Shown here piece by piece: positions 17,081 to 26,765 of a stretch of 47,790 bases of DNA. A program made the translations under genes and the position numbers. Below the pieces are notes generated by a model. The model was not told where the DNA came from, searched no databases, and was given only the letters and a program-made list of their open reading frames with translations. The DNA comes from a virus (lineage: Duplodnaviria; Caudoviricetes): positions 1-47,790 of the IMG/VR virus record IMGVR_UViG_3300005512_000058, one strand, 5' to 3'. Within the stretch, counting starts at the first letter, position 1. Each line of letters opens with the position of its first letter.

Positions 17081-17584
17081 ATGGGCGGCAGAGGCGAGGT
17101 CACCACCGCGAGGAGGCTCCCCGGCCTGCTCCGGAAGAGGCTCACCGAGGACACCGAGCTGCTGCGTAGGGTCGCCTACGAGACCTGCCTGCGGGGCGAG
17201 GCCCACGCGGTGCGCCTCACCAACGAGCGCGGCCTGGTCGACAACGGCACGCCCGGCTTCAAGGGCTCCTGGAAGACCGATCCCCTGCACAACGGCGCCG
17301 AGCTCCGCAACGACATCCCCTATGCAGGGGTCATCGAGCACGGCCGCCGCCCTGGTCGCCCGGGCCCTCCCATCGAGCCCATCCGCCAGTGGGTGATGCG
17401 CAAGCTGGTGGCCAACGGCGAGGTCGAGGCCAAGGACGCCGAGAGCGTGGCCCGGGCCGTCCGCTGGTCCATCCACCACAAGGGCACCAAGCCCCGCTTC
17501 GTGCTCCGGGACACCGTGGCCCAGATGCGGGTGTGGTTCCCGGCCGAGGCTGTGCGCGTCCTCCGACGCAAGGCCACGAGGTAG
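17081..17584 (+). CDS. Neck/tail completion protein (HK97 gp10-like)
   Basis: PYAGVIEHGRRPG, PIRQWV and GTKPRF motifs. Confidence 0.75.
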   Translation: MGGRGEVTTARRLPGLLRKRLTEDTELLRRVAYETCLRGEAHAVRLTNERGLVDNGTPGFKGSWKTDPLHNGAELRNDIPYAGVIEHGRRPGRPGPPIEPIRQWVMRKLVANGEVEAKDAESVARAVRWSIHHKGTKPRFVLRDTVAQMRVWFPAEAVRVLRRKATR

Positions 17585-17587
17585 CCC

Positions 17588-18169
17588 ATGGCCACGGATC
17601 CCATCGCCAGCGCCCAGGACGCCCTGGTCGCCCACCTGGCCACCGAGCTGGGCTCCAGCGCCACCGTGCGCCGCGGCTGGCCCGAGGCCGGCGTGGCCAT
17701 GGACATCGGCACCAAGCCCGAGGTGGCCGTCACCGCGAGCTCGCCGAGCTTCACCCTCACCCCCCCGGGCGAGGTGGACGCCACCGACGCTGGCGACGGC
17801 ACCCTCACGGTCACCTACCGCGTGGCCATGGTCGAGTGCCTGGTCCAGGTCGACCTGTGGTGCGCCCACCGGGCCACCAAGGACGCCCTGGCCGTCCTCA
17901 TCGAGGCCGCCCTGCACAACCAGCTCCCCCACACCACGGGTCTCTGGCTCACCCAGAGCGACTACCACAGCCGCCCCCTGACCCTGGACGTCCAGGAGCG
18001 CAGGGACGAGCAGGACGTGGCTGCGGGCGAGTGGCGGGCCAGCTGGACCCTCCGTCTCACCACCGACCTGGTGGTCCAGACCGACCTCCCCGAGCTGACC
18101 CAGCTCGACATCGACATGATCACGGAGCTCATCGAGGAGCTCACCGAGACCACCTCCGTCACCCCGTAG
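17588..18169 (+). CDS. Putative tail terminator
   Basis: Size and position directly before the sheath gene. Confidence 0.55.
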   Translation: MATDPIASAQDALVAHLATELGSSATVRRGWPEAGVAMDIGTKPEVAVTASSPSFTLTPPGEVDATDAGDGTLTVTYRVAMVECLVQVDLWCAHRATKDALAVLIEAALHNQLPHTTGLWLTQSDYHSRPLTLDVQERRDEQDVAAGEWRASWTLRLTTDLVVQTDLPELTQLDIDMITELIEELTETTSVTP

Positions 18170-18179
18170 GAGCACCTCC

Positions 18180-19697
18180 ATGGGCAGCCTCATCCGACAC
18201 ATCACCGGCCTGGCCTCTGCGGGCTACGGCGTCAACGTCTGGGAGGTCGCTCCCGTCCAGTCCATCCGCGGGGACGCCTCCGCCGTCCTCGGCATGGTCG
18301 CCGAGCTGCCCTGGGGCCCCGTGGACTCGGTCACCACGATCACGACCCCGGCCGAGTTCTGGTCCTACTTCTACCCCAACGTCTTCAGCGGCGGGACCAA
18401 GGACTACACGACCTATCCAGCCGTGCTGGCCATGCTCAACAAGCCCTGCTTCCCCAGCGGGGGCCTCAAGGTCGTGCGCGTGGGCGCCACGAGCCAGGCC
18501 AAGAGCACGCTGAGCAAGGCCGCCGGAACCGGCACCATGGTCGTGACGGCCAAGTACTACGGCGCCGTGGGCGACGAGATCAGCATCCAGTGGGTGGCGG
18601 CCACCGGCGGGGACGCCGACGAGCGCGACCTCCTGATCACCATCGGCTCCGACTACAGCGCCCGCTACCAGGACATCGCCTACACCGACGACGTCTCCGA
18701 GACCATCGACGATCCCTACGTGGACGTGGAGAGCTCCTCGCCGACGGCCATGCCGACGGCCATGGGCTCGGCCGAGTCCCTGGCTTCTGGCTCCGACGGG
18801 ACCGCCGTGGCCGCCGACTACGTGGGCTCCGACTCCTCCACCAAGGGGATCCGGTGCTTCTACAGCGAGTCTGTGGACTGTGACGTGCTCTTCGTCGCAG
18901 AGGCCCCCTCGGGCATCCTCGACGACATCAACGATGGGCTGGAGGCCTACGCTGGCGACACCGACAAGGGCGTGGTGGTCCTCTGCACCACCGACGACCA
19001 GGCCAGCGCGGACGCCATCACCTATGTGGCGGACTACCGCGATGACCGCATCATCTACGCCTGGCCCCGGGTGAAGACCACCAACTGGTGGAGCACGGCA
19101 TCGGACAAGGAGGTCGAGGTCGACGGCAACGCCTTCGCCGCGGCCCTCATCGCCAACGTGGACCCGTGGCTCTCCCCGGGCGGCAACGGCGCCCGCCAGG
19201 GCACCACCGACCTCCTCTCCGGCATCACCGGCCTCGAGGACGAGAGCGGCTCCCGCACCACCCTGGACCTCCTCAACGCCGCCGGCGTCGCCCCCTGGTT
19301 CGTCTCCTCCCGCCTGGGCGCCATGATGCGCCGGGCCGTCACCACGACCCTCACGGGCCGGACCAAGCTCCACAGCCGCCGGATGACCGACTACCTGGTC
19401 AGCGCCATCGCCGAGGCCGCCGAGGAGATCGTCGAGCGTCCTCTCGACCTGGACCTCTCGGCGCAGGCTCTCGGGACCGTGACCGGACAGTTCGTCGGCT
19501 CGGTCAAGAGCTTCCTCCAGCGCGAGGTCGACGCCGAGCACATCCGCAGCTTCAGCGTGGACCCCTGGACCGCCAACGCCCAGGCCGACATCGACGCCGG
19601 CCAGTGGACCGTCCTGATCCGCGTCAAGCTCATGTCCATGGCCGAGGAGATCATCCTCAAGGCCGACATCGGCGAGACCGTCCAGGTCGACGGCTGA
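18180..19697 (+). CDS. Contractile tail sheath protein
   Basis: 505 aa with WGP, LASGSDG, YAWPRV, LLNAAGV and RRMTDYL motifs. Confidence 0.9.
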   Translation: MGSLIRHITGLASAGYGVNVWEVAPVQSIRGDASAVLGMVAELPWGPVDSVTTITTPAEFWSYFYPNVFSGGTKDYTTYPAVLAMLNKPCFPSGGLKVVRVGATSQAKSTLSKAAGTGTMVVTAKYYGAVGDEISIQWVAATGGDADERDLLITIGSDYSARYQDIAYTDDVSETIDDPYVDVESSSPTAMPTAMGSAESLASGSDGTAVAADYVGSDSSTKGIRCFYSESVDCDVLFVAEAPSGILDDINDGLEAYAGDTDKGVVVLCTTDDQASADAITYVADYRDDRIIYAWPRVKTTNWWSTASDKEVEVDGNAFAAALIANVDPWLSPGGNGARQGTTDLLSGITGLEDESGSRTTLDLLNAAGVAPWFVSSRLGAMMRRAVTTTLTGRTKLHSRRMTDYLVSAIAEAAEEIVERPLDLDLSAQALGTVTGQFVGSVKSFLQREVDAEHIRSFSVDPWTANAQADIDAGQWTVLIRVKLMSMAEEIILKADIGETVQVDG

Positions 19698-19744
19698 TCC
19701 GGGGCTCCCCCACCACCTCCTGACCCTCTCACCTCGGAGCCGTC

Positions 19745-20176
19745 ATGGCTGACACCGATCTCCCGATCTCCGGGAAGGACACCAAGCTCACCCTCGTCGT
19801 CAACGGCACCCTCGTGGACGTGGTCGACAAGATCACCAACTTCTCGGCGCGAGCCACCTACGACACCATGGAGACCAAGGGCCTCGGCACCACCGAGACC
19901 CTCATCGACAAGGTGCTGGTGGGCTGGAGCGGCGACATCGAGATCGCGGTGGCCCGCAAGACCATCGACGAGCTCATGGACGTCATCCACGCCGCCCAGG
20001 CCAACCGGGTGCCCGTGATCATCAACATCCACGACACCACGCACTACCGGAACGGGACCTCCAAGTCCTACGTCTACCCGGACTGCAAGGTGGAGTTCGA
20101 GGCCCGCAAGCGGCGCGCCGAGAGCCAGACGGCCTCCCTGTCGTGGGCCACTGGCAAGGACCGAGTCGCCCTCTGA
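19745..20176 (+). CDS. Tail tube protein
   Basis: 143 aa directly after the sheath; ISGKD start and beta-rich pattern. Confidence 0.8.
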   Translation: MADTDLPISGKDTKLTLVVNGTLVDVVDKITNFSARATYDTMETKGLGTTETLIDKVLVGWSGDIEIAVARKTIDELMDVIHAAQANRVPVIINIHDTTHYRNGTSKSYVYPDCKVEFEARKRRAESQTASLSWATGKDRVAL

Positions 20177-20195
20177 TGAGGGCTGGGGAGAGGAC

Positions 20196-20885
20196 ATGAG
20201 AACCGCCTACCAGATCCAGGTCCCCCGTGGGGGGCCTTCCGTCGTGCTCGCCGAGCTCACCTGCTCCGAGCTGCTCATGGCCATGAAGCTCGCCGGCACC
20301 GAGCGCTCCGACGTGGTGCGTGGCCTAGCCGTGAGCCGGGAGGCCGTGCGCATGGCCATCCGCCAGGTGGACGGGGTGGAGGTGCGCTCCGCCGACCTCC
20401 AGGGCGAGGGCTGGAAGCAGCACTTCCCCCGCACCCGACACGGCTTCTTCCTCTCGCGGGCGTGGAGCCACATCCACCAGCCCAGCGAGGAGGAGATCTC
20501 CTCCGTGGTCGACGGGGCCTCCGTGGCCGTGGACGACCTGGTGGAGACCTGGACCGTCACCCTGCCCGACGGGCGCGAGGTGGTGCTGGCCGAGGCCGAC
20601 CAGGAGACCGTGGGCCAGGCCCTGGCCCGGGCCGAGCGCGAGGCCAAGAGCCCCGCCGCCCAGGAGTTCCTGGGGGTCATGGAGGCCGGGCGCCGCTGCA
20701 TCCGCTCCGTGGCCGGCCAGGCCGTCACCGCCGAGGACCTCGAGGGCCGGCGCTGGGACAAGACCTTCAGCGTGCGCGAGACCTTCCTCCTCGCCCGTGT
20801 GTGGGCCGAGATGCACCTCGACGCCTCCTGGGAGGCCGAGGATGAGCTGGGGGGGATGAGGCCCGTGCCTGGTGGCGGGCAGTAG
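20196..20885 (+). CDS. Tail assembly chaperone (two-repeat architecture)
   Basis: Lies between tube and tape measure genes; the IRxVxG..V...DLxG..W motif occurs twice. Confidence 0.7.
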   Translation: MRTAYQIQVPRGGPSVVLAELTCSELLMAMKLAGTERSDVVRGLAVSREAVRMAIRQVDGVEVRSADLQGEGWKQHFPRTRHGFFLSRAWSHIHQPSEEEISSVVDGASVAVDDLVETWTVTLPDGREVVLAEADQETVGQALARAEREAKSPAAQEFLGVMEAGRRCIRSVAGQAVTAEDLEGRRWDKTFSVRETFLLARVWAEMHLDASWEAEDELGGMRPVPGGGQ

Positions 20886-21004
20886 CCTACGCCTGCAGGT
20901 ACGGGCACCAACCCATCAGCGAGGTGAGGGCGCTCTCCCCAGGGCAGCTTCGCCTCTTCAACGAGCACCTCGGGGAGTTCCTCGAGGCCGAGAACGGGAC
21001 GTGA
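20849..21004 (+). other. Programmed -1 frameshift site and chaperone extension
   Basis: Slippery G GGG GGG at 20849-20855. The -1 frame reads DEARAWWRAVAYACRYGHQPISEVRAL...ENGT to TGA at 21002-21004. Confidence 0.7.
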
Positions 21005-21007
21005 CGC

Positions 21008-22687
21008 ATGTTCGGAGAGGCCGACTACACCATCGTGGCCCGCATCGAGGCCCGTGATGTCGTGGATCCGGCCACCGACTCCGCCTCCCGCAAGCTGGAC
21101 CAGGTGGAGCGCCGCGCCGCGCGCACGGGCCGCTCCATCACCTCCCACCTCGGCCGGGCCTTCGCCATGCTGGGCGGGGCCTACGGGCTCACGAGGCTGG
21201 CCAGGGGGATCGTTGGCATCCAGAGCGAGCTGCAGGAGGCCCAGATCGGTCTCGCTGCCCTATTCAACGCGCAGACCGGCATGGGGATGGTCAGCAGCCT
21301 CAAGCTGGCTCGGGGCGAGATCGCGGCTCTCCGTCGTGACGCCGCTGCGGGTGTGGGCGAGTTCGGAGACTACCGCCGCACCTACCAGATGATCCTGGCC
21401 CCGAGCATGGCCGCCGGAGCCGACACCAGCCAGATCCGCTCCCTCGTGCGCACCTCCCTCGCCGCCGGCATGGCCATGGAGGGCGAGCGCGGGATGACCT
21501 TCATGGGGATGGACCTGGTCCAGGCGCTGACCCGCGGCGCCAGCGACCGAGAAACGCGACTCGTCACCAACGCGCTGCGCTCCATCGGCATGGACCCGGG
21601 CGAGTTCAACAAGCTCGGCACTTCGGCCCGGATGGACACGCTCATGCAGGCGTTCGGCCAGTTCAAGGACGCGGCCGACCTCATGGGCCAGGGCTGGAGC
21701 GCCCAGATGGGCACCTTCCGGGACCACCTCAAGAACATCGCCCTCACCCTCACCGAGCCTCTCTTCAGCCGCTGGACCGAGCAGCTCCGGTCGGCCAACG
21801 ACTGGCTGGAGGCCAACTCCGAGACCCTCCAGCGCATCGCCGAGCACTGGGGCGTGCGCCTCGTCCGCGTGTGGGAGACCCTGGTAGACCACGCCGGAAC
21901 CTACGCGGCTATCGTGGCTGGCGTGAGTGTGGCTAGGGTCGGAATTGGGGCCGGGATGGGAGTGGCCACGGCGGCGAAAGTCGGCGGCACAAGTGGTGTG
22001 ATGGGCGCGCTCGGGCTCGGCGGGCTGGGAGCTCTGGGGACGGCGCTCCCCGCAGTAGGGGTGGCCCTGGTCGCCGTCGGAGCGCTTGCGGGCGGCGTGA
22101 TGGGCGCCCTCCGCGACCTGCCTCAGGTCGGAGCCTGGATCAGCGGCATCATCGGCGAAATCATCGGCAGCCTATGGATGCTCGGCGATGCGTTCGGCTC
22201 GCTGTTCGAGGCCGGTACGGTGCTGAATATGGCGGGCCTCGGCCTCATCTTTATCTTCGGCGGGCTGCTCATCGCCGTGAACTGGCTCATCCCGGCGCTC
22301 TCGACGGTGATCCGCATCTTCGGGCTCTTCCTCGGCCTTGTGGCGGACGGGATCCTCCAGATCGGAGCGATCGTCAGCGGCGACATCGGCAAGGCCCGGG
22401 CGATCGCGATGACGACGGACGCCCGGATGAAGGCCGCCTGGGCCGACATCGATTCCTACTGGGCGGAGAACAAGCCGCCCGAAGTCCCTGGCGAGGGTGA
22501 GGACGGCCAGGGCTCCCCCACCACCCCGAACAACAACACCTACATCGACAAGGTCGAGGTCAAGGTGGATGCCGAGGTCAACGCCGACCCGGCGCGGGTG
22601 GCTGTGGCCTGGAGCGAGATCCTCGAGAAGGTCGAGCGCCACCGCAAGCAGCCCCGCCGCACTGGCCTGATCCCCGCCCCGGTCTAG
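21008..22687 (+). CDS. Tape measure protein
   Basis: Ala/Gly-rich helical protein with hydrophobic segments, following the chaperone. Confidence 0.85.
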   Translation: MFGEADYTIVARIEARDVVDPATDSASRKLDQVERRAARTGRSITSHLGRAFAMLGGAYGLTRLARGIVGIQSELQEAQIGLAALFNAQTGMGMVSSLKLARGEIAALRRDAAAGVGEFGDYRRTYQMILAPSMAAGADTSQIRSLVRTSLAAGMAMEGERGMTFMGMDLVQALTRGASDRETRLVTNALRSIGMDPGEFNKLGTSARMDTLMQAFGQFKDAADLMGQGWSAQMGTFRDHLKNIALTLTEPLFSRWTEQLRSANDWLEANSETLQRIAEHWGVRLVRVWETLVDHAGTYAAIVAGVSVARVGIGAGMGVATAAKVGGTSGVMGALGLGGLGALGTALPAVGVALVAVGALAGGVMGALRDLPQVGAWISGIIGEIIGSLWMLGDAFGSLFEAGTVLNMAGLGLIFIFGGLLIAVNWLIPALSTVIRIFGLFLGLVADGILQIGAIVSGDIGKARAIAMTTDARMKAAWADIDSYWAENKPPEVPGEGEDGQGSPTTPNNNTYIDKVEVKVDAEVNADPARVAVAWSEILEKVERHRKQPRRTGLIPAPV

Positions 22688-22697
22688 GAGGCCGCCC

Positions 22698-23243
22698 ATG
22701 GCTGACGGACTCCCCGTCATCGTCCGCGAGCTCGAGGGCCAGGGCCGGGAGGTCGTGCTCGAGGGCTCCACCCTGCCCCAGCGCGGCGTGGATGTCGGCG
22801 CACGCCTCCGCACGGTGCGCACGCACTACCCAGGCTCCAGGCGGGCCTCTACCCAGGTGCTCGGCACCGAGGAGCAGGACATCCAGCTCCAGGGGCAGCT
22901 CCGCGACGTGTGGACCGGCCTCCAAGGCGGCGCCCTCTCCCAGATGCAGGCCCTCCGCGACCTGTACCTCGGCCAGCGCTACTGCGAGCTGAGCTGGGGT
23001 GAGACCCTGGTGCGCAGGGGCTACCTGAAGGAGGCCAGCTTCAGCCTCGTCCGGGCCGAGGACATCGGCTACAGGCTCGTCTTTGAGGTCTCCGAGGCCG
23101 ACGAGGCCGAGGTCGTGGCCCCGACCGAGTACGAGGAGACCACCCCCGAGGACGTCTCCCTGGCGCTCGCGGCCCTCCTGGCGGCCACGGACAACATCAA
23201 CGCGACCATCGGCGCGGTCAACACGATCCAGGCGGGGCTCTGA
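22698..23243 (+). CDS. Putative tail tube initiator/baseplate protein
   Basis: Synteny; YPG..STQVLG and LSWG motifs. Confidence 0.6.
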   Translation: MADGLPVIVRELEGQGREVVLEGSTLPQRGVDVGARLRTVRTHYPGSRRASTQVLGTEEQDIQLQGQLRDVWTGLQGGALSQMQALRDLYLGQRYCELSWGETLVRRGYLKEASFSLVRAEDIGYRLVFEVSEADEAEVVAPTEYEETTPEDVSLALAALLAATDNINATIGAVNTIQAGL

Positions 23244-23746
23244 TGGCTCTGGACAGCCTCCGAGAACTCGCCGAGGACGTGGGCGACCTGGTGGACGGCG
23301 TCACCGCAGCCCAGGCCCAGGTGGCCACGGCGCTGCAGACGGGCACCGTCACCACACAGCAGATCCGAGGCCTCCGCGCCTCCGTAGCCGGCCTCCAGGC
23401 CGACGCCCGAGAGGTGCGCGGCGCCCTCGACCCCGTGGATGTGCGCGACTACCTCACCCACGAGCGCGGCGCCGACGTCATCGGCCTGTGGACGTGGGAA
23501 CGCGAGAGCCGCCACCAGCTCCTGGTGGTGGAGCAGCGCCTCCGTGAGGTGGACGAGGCCGCCGAGGACCTCGAGTTCGGCGCCCGCCAGCGTGTGCGGG
23601 TGGTCCGCTCCGGCGACACCTGGCAGAGCCTGGCCCAGGAGCTCCTGGGCGACTGGCGGGAGTGGGCCCGCCTCGTGGAGGCCAACGGCCTCGACTACGA
23701 TTCCCTGGACAGCGGGACGGTGCTGGTGATCCCCGAGCGGAGGTAG
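23243..23746 (+). CDS. LysM/tail X-domain baseplate protein
   Basis: VVRSGDTWQSLAQELLGD..W..LVEANGL...GTVLVIP. Confidence 0.85.
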   Translation: MALDSLRELAEDVGDLVDGVTAAQAQVATALQTGTVTTQQIRGLRASVAGLQADAREVRGALDPVDVRDYLTHERGADVIGLWTWERESRHQLLVVEQRLREVDEAAEDLEFGARQRVRVVRSGDTWQSLAQELLGDWREWARLVEANGLDYDSLDSGTVLVIPERR

Positions 23747-23749
23747 CGC

Positions 23750-25036
23750 GTGCCGACGACCTACTACCCCCGCTGCCTCGTCGTGCTGGACGTGCTCCTC
23801 GAGGACTACAGCGACGGCGCCCCGACCGAGACGCACCAGATCGTCTGCACTCCGCGCCAGGTGACGATCCACCGCAACAACCACCGCGAGGCCGACGACG
23901 CCACGGTGGAGATCGACTACTCCAGCCTCCCTCTGGACCCCCGGGCCATCCGGCAGGCCCGTGTGGGTGTCTACCTGGCCGACGTCGAGGACCCCCAGGT
24001 CAAGCTGTCCACCTCGGACACCGAGCACCTCGCCTTCGTGGGCCTGGTGGACGAGCTGGAGACAGAGGGCAGCGACAGCGGGCGCCAGGTCCGCATCGAG
24101 GCCAGGGACTACACCGGCCTGCTCCTCGACCACACCTGGAGCGCCGGCGCCCTGGCCATCGACCAGCCCCTTCAGGACGTGGTGGATGACATCCTCCGCG
24201 CCACCCCTGGAGCGGGTGACATGGTCCAGGAGTACGCCCAGGGTACGGCAGAGACGGTGCTTGCCGGCCTGGTGGGACGCACCAAGTGGACCCCGCGCCA
24301 GGGTGACGACTCGTGGACGGTCCTGGTGGACCTCTGCGGGCTTGTGGGGCTCGTCCCCGTCGTTGAGCTGGACGTCCTCCACATCCGGACGGCCAGCCAC
24401 CGCAGCGGCACAGCCGCCACCCTCAAGTGGGGACGCAACGTCTCCAACCTCCGCATGAAGCGGGCCTATGACGAGATCCGCACCCGTCAGATCCGGGTGA
24501 TCTGCTGGGACGAGGCGGCCCGTGAGAGCCGGGAGGCCACCTACCCGGCCGAGCCCGTGGTGCTCCGGCGCAAGATCGGCGCCGACGGCAAGGTCTCGAC
24601 GGACAACGCGCCGCTGCTGACCTACCACGTCACCGGCTCCCACAGCACCGATCGCCTTCAGGAGCTGGCCCAGGCCATCTACGACGAGGGCGCCCGCCAG
24701 CAGGTGGAGGGCGAGATCGAGACCCGCGAGATGCGGGACTGGGGCAACCTGGAGAGCACCCCGCGCCTCGCCAACGGCGACACGCTCATCCTCCGAGCGG
24801 ACGCCCGCCTGCGACGCACGATCGCCAGCATGAGCCACGGAGAGGCCGTCGAGTGGCTGATCTCTGGCCCCGAGGGGCTGGACTCCATGGCTGCCGAGGC
24901 CCTGGTGACCTCGGTGGAGCGGGCCGACAGCCTGGCCAGCACCTTCTACATCACCAAGGCCACCCACCGCTGGTCCTGGGATGACGGCTACGAGGCCACG
25001 ATCACCTTCGCCAACTTCGTGGGCCCGGGGGCCTGA
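23750..25036 (+). CDS. Baseplate hub protein (gpD/gp27-like)
   Basis: IEARDYTGLLLD and FYITKATH..GY motifs, plus synteny. Confidence 0.75.
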   Translation: MPTTYYPRCLVVLDVLLEDYSDGAPTETHQIVCTPRQVTIHRNNHREADDATVEIDYSSLPLDPRAIRQARVGVYLADVEDPQVKLSTSDTEHLAFVGLVDELETEGSDSGRQVRIEARDYTGLLLDHTWSAGALAIDQPLQDVVDDILRATPGAGDMVQEYAQGTAETVLAGLVGRTKWTPRQGDDSWTVLVDLCGLVGLVPVVELDVLHIRTASHRSGTAATLKWGRNVSNLRMKRAYDEIRTRQIRVICWDEAARESREATYPAEPVVLRRKIGADGKVSTDNAPLLTYHVTGSHSTDRLQELAQAIYDEGARQQVEGEIETREMRDWGNLESTPRLANGDTLILRADARLRRTIASMSHGEAVEWLISGPEGLDSMAAEALVTSVERADSLASTFYITKATHRWSWDDGYEATITFANFVGPGA

Positions 25037-25563
25037 TGCACCAGCGCGGCACCGAGCAGACCCTCCGCTCCCTGGTGGGCGAGGGCCCGGCCTACGTGCA
25101 GGTGGCCCAGGTCACTGGCATCTCGACCCACGCCTCCTGGGGCTACCTCCTCGACCTGGTGGTCCGACCTGGTGGCCAGGAGCTCCAGGCCCGCCTCCTC
25201 GGCTTCGGCGAGGCCGCCTGGACGCCTGTGTCGGTGGACGACGAGGTGCTCGTCCTCCTCCCCGACGGCGACCCCAACCGGGCCGTGGCCCTCCCAGGGC
25301 TGCCCTCTGCGGCCGCACCCGTGCCATCCAGCTTCGGCAACGACCACCTCGACCTGGTCCACAGCGGGGGCCTGGAGGCCCGCACGACGGCCGCGGCGAC
25401 GGTCCAGGCCGTGGTGGTCGAGTCCCTGCTCGGGGACCTCCAGACGGCGCTCACGGAGATTCAGGGCGCGCTGGCCGCGCTCGGCATCCCCCTCCCCAAC
25501 ACCGCGACCTTCCTGGCCCAGCTCCCCACCCAGTACCGCTCCGCGGCCATCCAGTCGGAGTAG
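25036..25563 (+). CDS. Baseplate spike (gpV-like OB fold)
   Basis: PVSVDDEVLVLLPDGDPNRAV motif. Confidence 0.8.
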   Translation: MHQRGTEQTLRSLVGEGPAYVQVAQVTGISTHASWGYLLDLVVRPGGQELQARLLGFGEAAWTPVSVDDEVLVLLPDGDPNRAVALPGLPSAAAPVPSSFGNDHLDLVHSGGLEARTTAAATVQAVVVESLLGDLQTALTEIQGALAALGIPLPNTATFLAQLPTQYRSAAIQSE

Positions 25564-25566
25564 CTC

Positions 25567-26343
25567 GTGGCCCTCATCCCCGCCGACCTCGTCAACGAGG
25601 CTGATGCCCAGCTCTCCGACCTCGTCGGGGCCGCCTACGACGCGCACGGCGCGTCTCTGCGGGCGGGCCTCCTGCAGGCCCTCGCCAACGCGCTGGACCT
25701 GTGGATCGACGGCGGCACAGGCCTTTCAGGTACGCTCCCAGGCATCGGAGCCAGTGGCGTGCAGGCGACCACGAGCGAGTTCGATCCGTCTGTGGACGAC
25801 GACGAGGCGGCCATAGGGGACACCTGGGTCAACACCTCGAACGGGGCGGTCTGGACGTGCGCGAGCAACGCGACCGGAGCGGCCGTGTGGCTGGCCACCG
25901 CGCCGTGGCACTGGCAGCGGCGCGTGAGCGTGGACTTCGCGCTCACCCCAGATGGCGGCGCGGTCGACTTCGACGCCTCCGACTACGTCGGCGATGGCGT
26001 CTGGAGCGGCGCAAACTCCGATTGGACCTGCCCCTCGGATGGCATTTACGAGGTGCACGCCCACGGGAGCATCGAGTGCAGCCCAGTCGGGACCACAAGG
26101 TCGGGCTGGACCTGGGAGCTCCGCAGGAATTCCGGTGGAGGATTCGCCACCGTGAGCGGCGGCGACGAGGCCGGATATCAGCGCGGGTACACGAGCAACG
26201 CCGACACCTACAGCTTCACCCTTCGGATCGGCCTGAGTTCGGGTGACAAGCTCCACGTCTGGAGCCGGCGCCTGTCGGGCACCGACGACAGCTTTGTCCG
26301 GGCGGGCTCCGCGGCCTTCTGGGTGCGAAAGGTGACCTCATGA
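25567..26343 (+). CDS. Putative receptor-binding/fibre-like protein with C1q-like C-terminus
   Basis: DPSVDDD..GDTWVNTS..VWTC..NATGAAVW, then WTCPSDGIYEV and LSSGDKL. Confidence 0.55.
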   Translation: MALIPADLVNEADAQLSDLVGAAYDAHGASLRAGLLQALANALDLWIDGGTGLSGTLPGIGASGVQATTSEFDPSVDDDEAAIGDTWVNTSNGAVWTCASNATGAAVWLATAPWHWQRRVSVDFALTPDGGAVDFDASDYVGDGVWSGANSDWTCPSDGIYEVHAHGSIECSPVGTTRSGWTWELRRNSGGGFATVSGGDEAGYQRGYTSNADTYSFTLRIGLSSGDKLHVWSRRLSGTDDSFVRAGSAAFWVRKVTS

Positions 26344-26762
26344 GCACGCCCTCCATCGAAGAGCGCCGCCTCGGGCGCGACGTGGTCCTCCCCCAGGTGG
26401 ACGGCGAGCTGCTCGTCACCGCCTCCGGCGACCTCCAGACCGTGGCCGGCCGGCCCAACCTCCGGGCGGCCATCCGGCGCCGGGTCATTACGCAGCCCGG
26501 CGAGCTGCTCCACCGGCCCACCTACGGTGCTGGCCTCCCCGGCTACGTGGAGCGGCCATCTACGGCCTCCACCCGGGCACGGCTGGCCACCGACATCCGG
26601 CGGCAGTGCCTGGCCGATCCTCGCGTCTCCGAGTGCAGGGCGAGCAGCTCGATCGGCACCCCCGGCGACAGCGAGGCCACCGAGGCGATCACCGTCGACC
26701 TCTCGGTGACCGTCCGCGGCGACGACGCCGCCGACCAGATGACCCTCACCTACGCGGAGTAG
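26340..26762 (+). CDS. Baseplate wedge gp25/W-like protein
   Basis: GDL..V.G..NL.AAI, TQPGE...RPTYG and DPRV motifs. Confidence 0.85.
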   Translation: MSTPSIEERRLGRDVVLPQVDGELLVTASGDLQTVAGRPNLRAAIRRRVITQPGELLHRPTYGAGLPGYVERPSTASTRARLATDIRRQCLADPRVSECRASSSIGTPGDSEATEAITVDLSVTVRGDDAADQMTLTYAE

Positions 26763-26765
26763 CCC

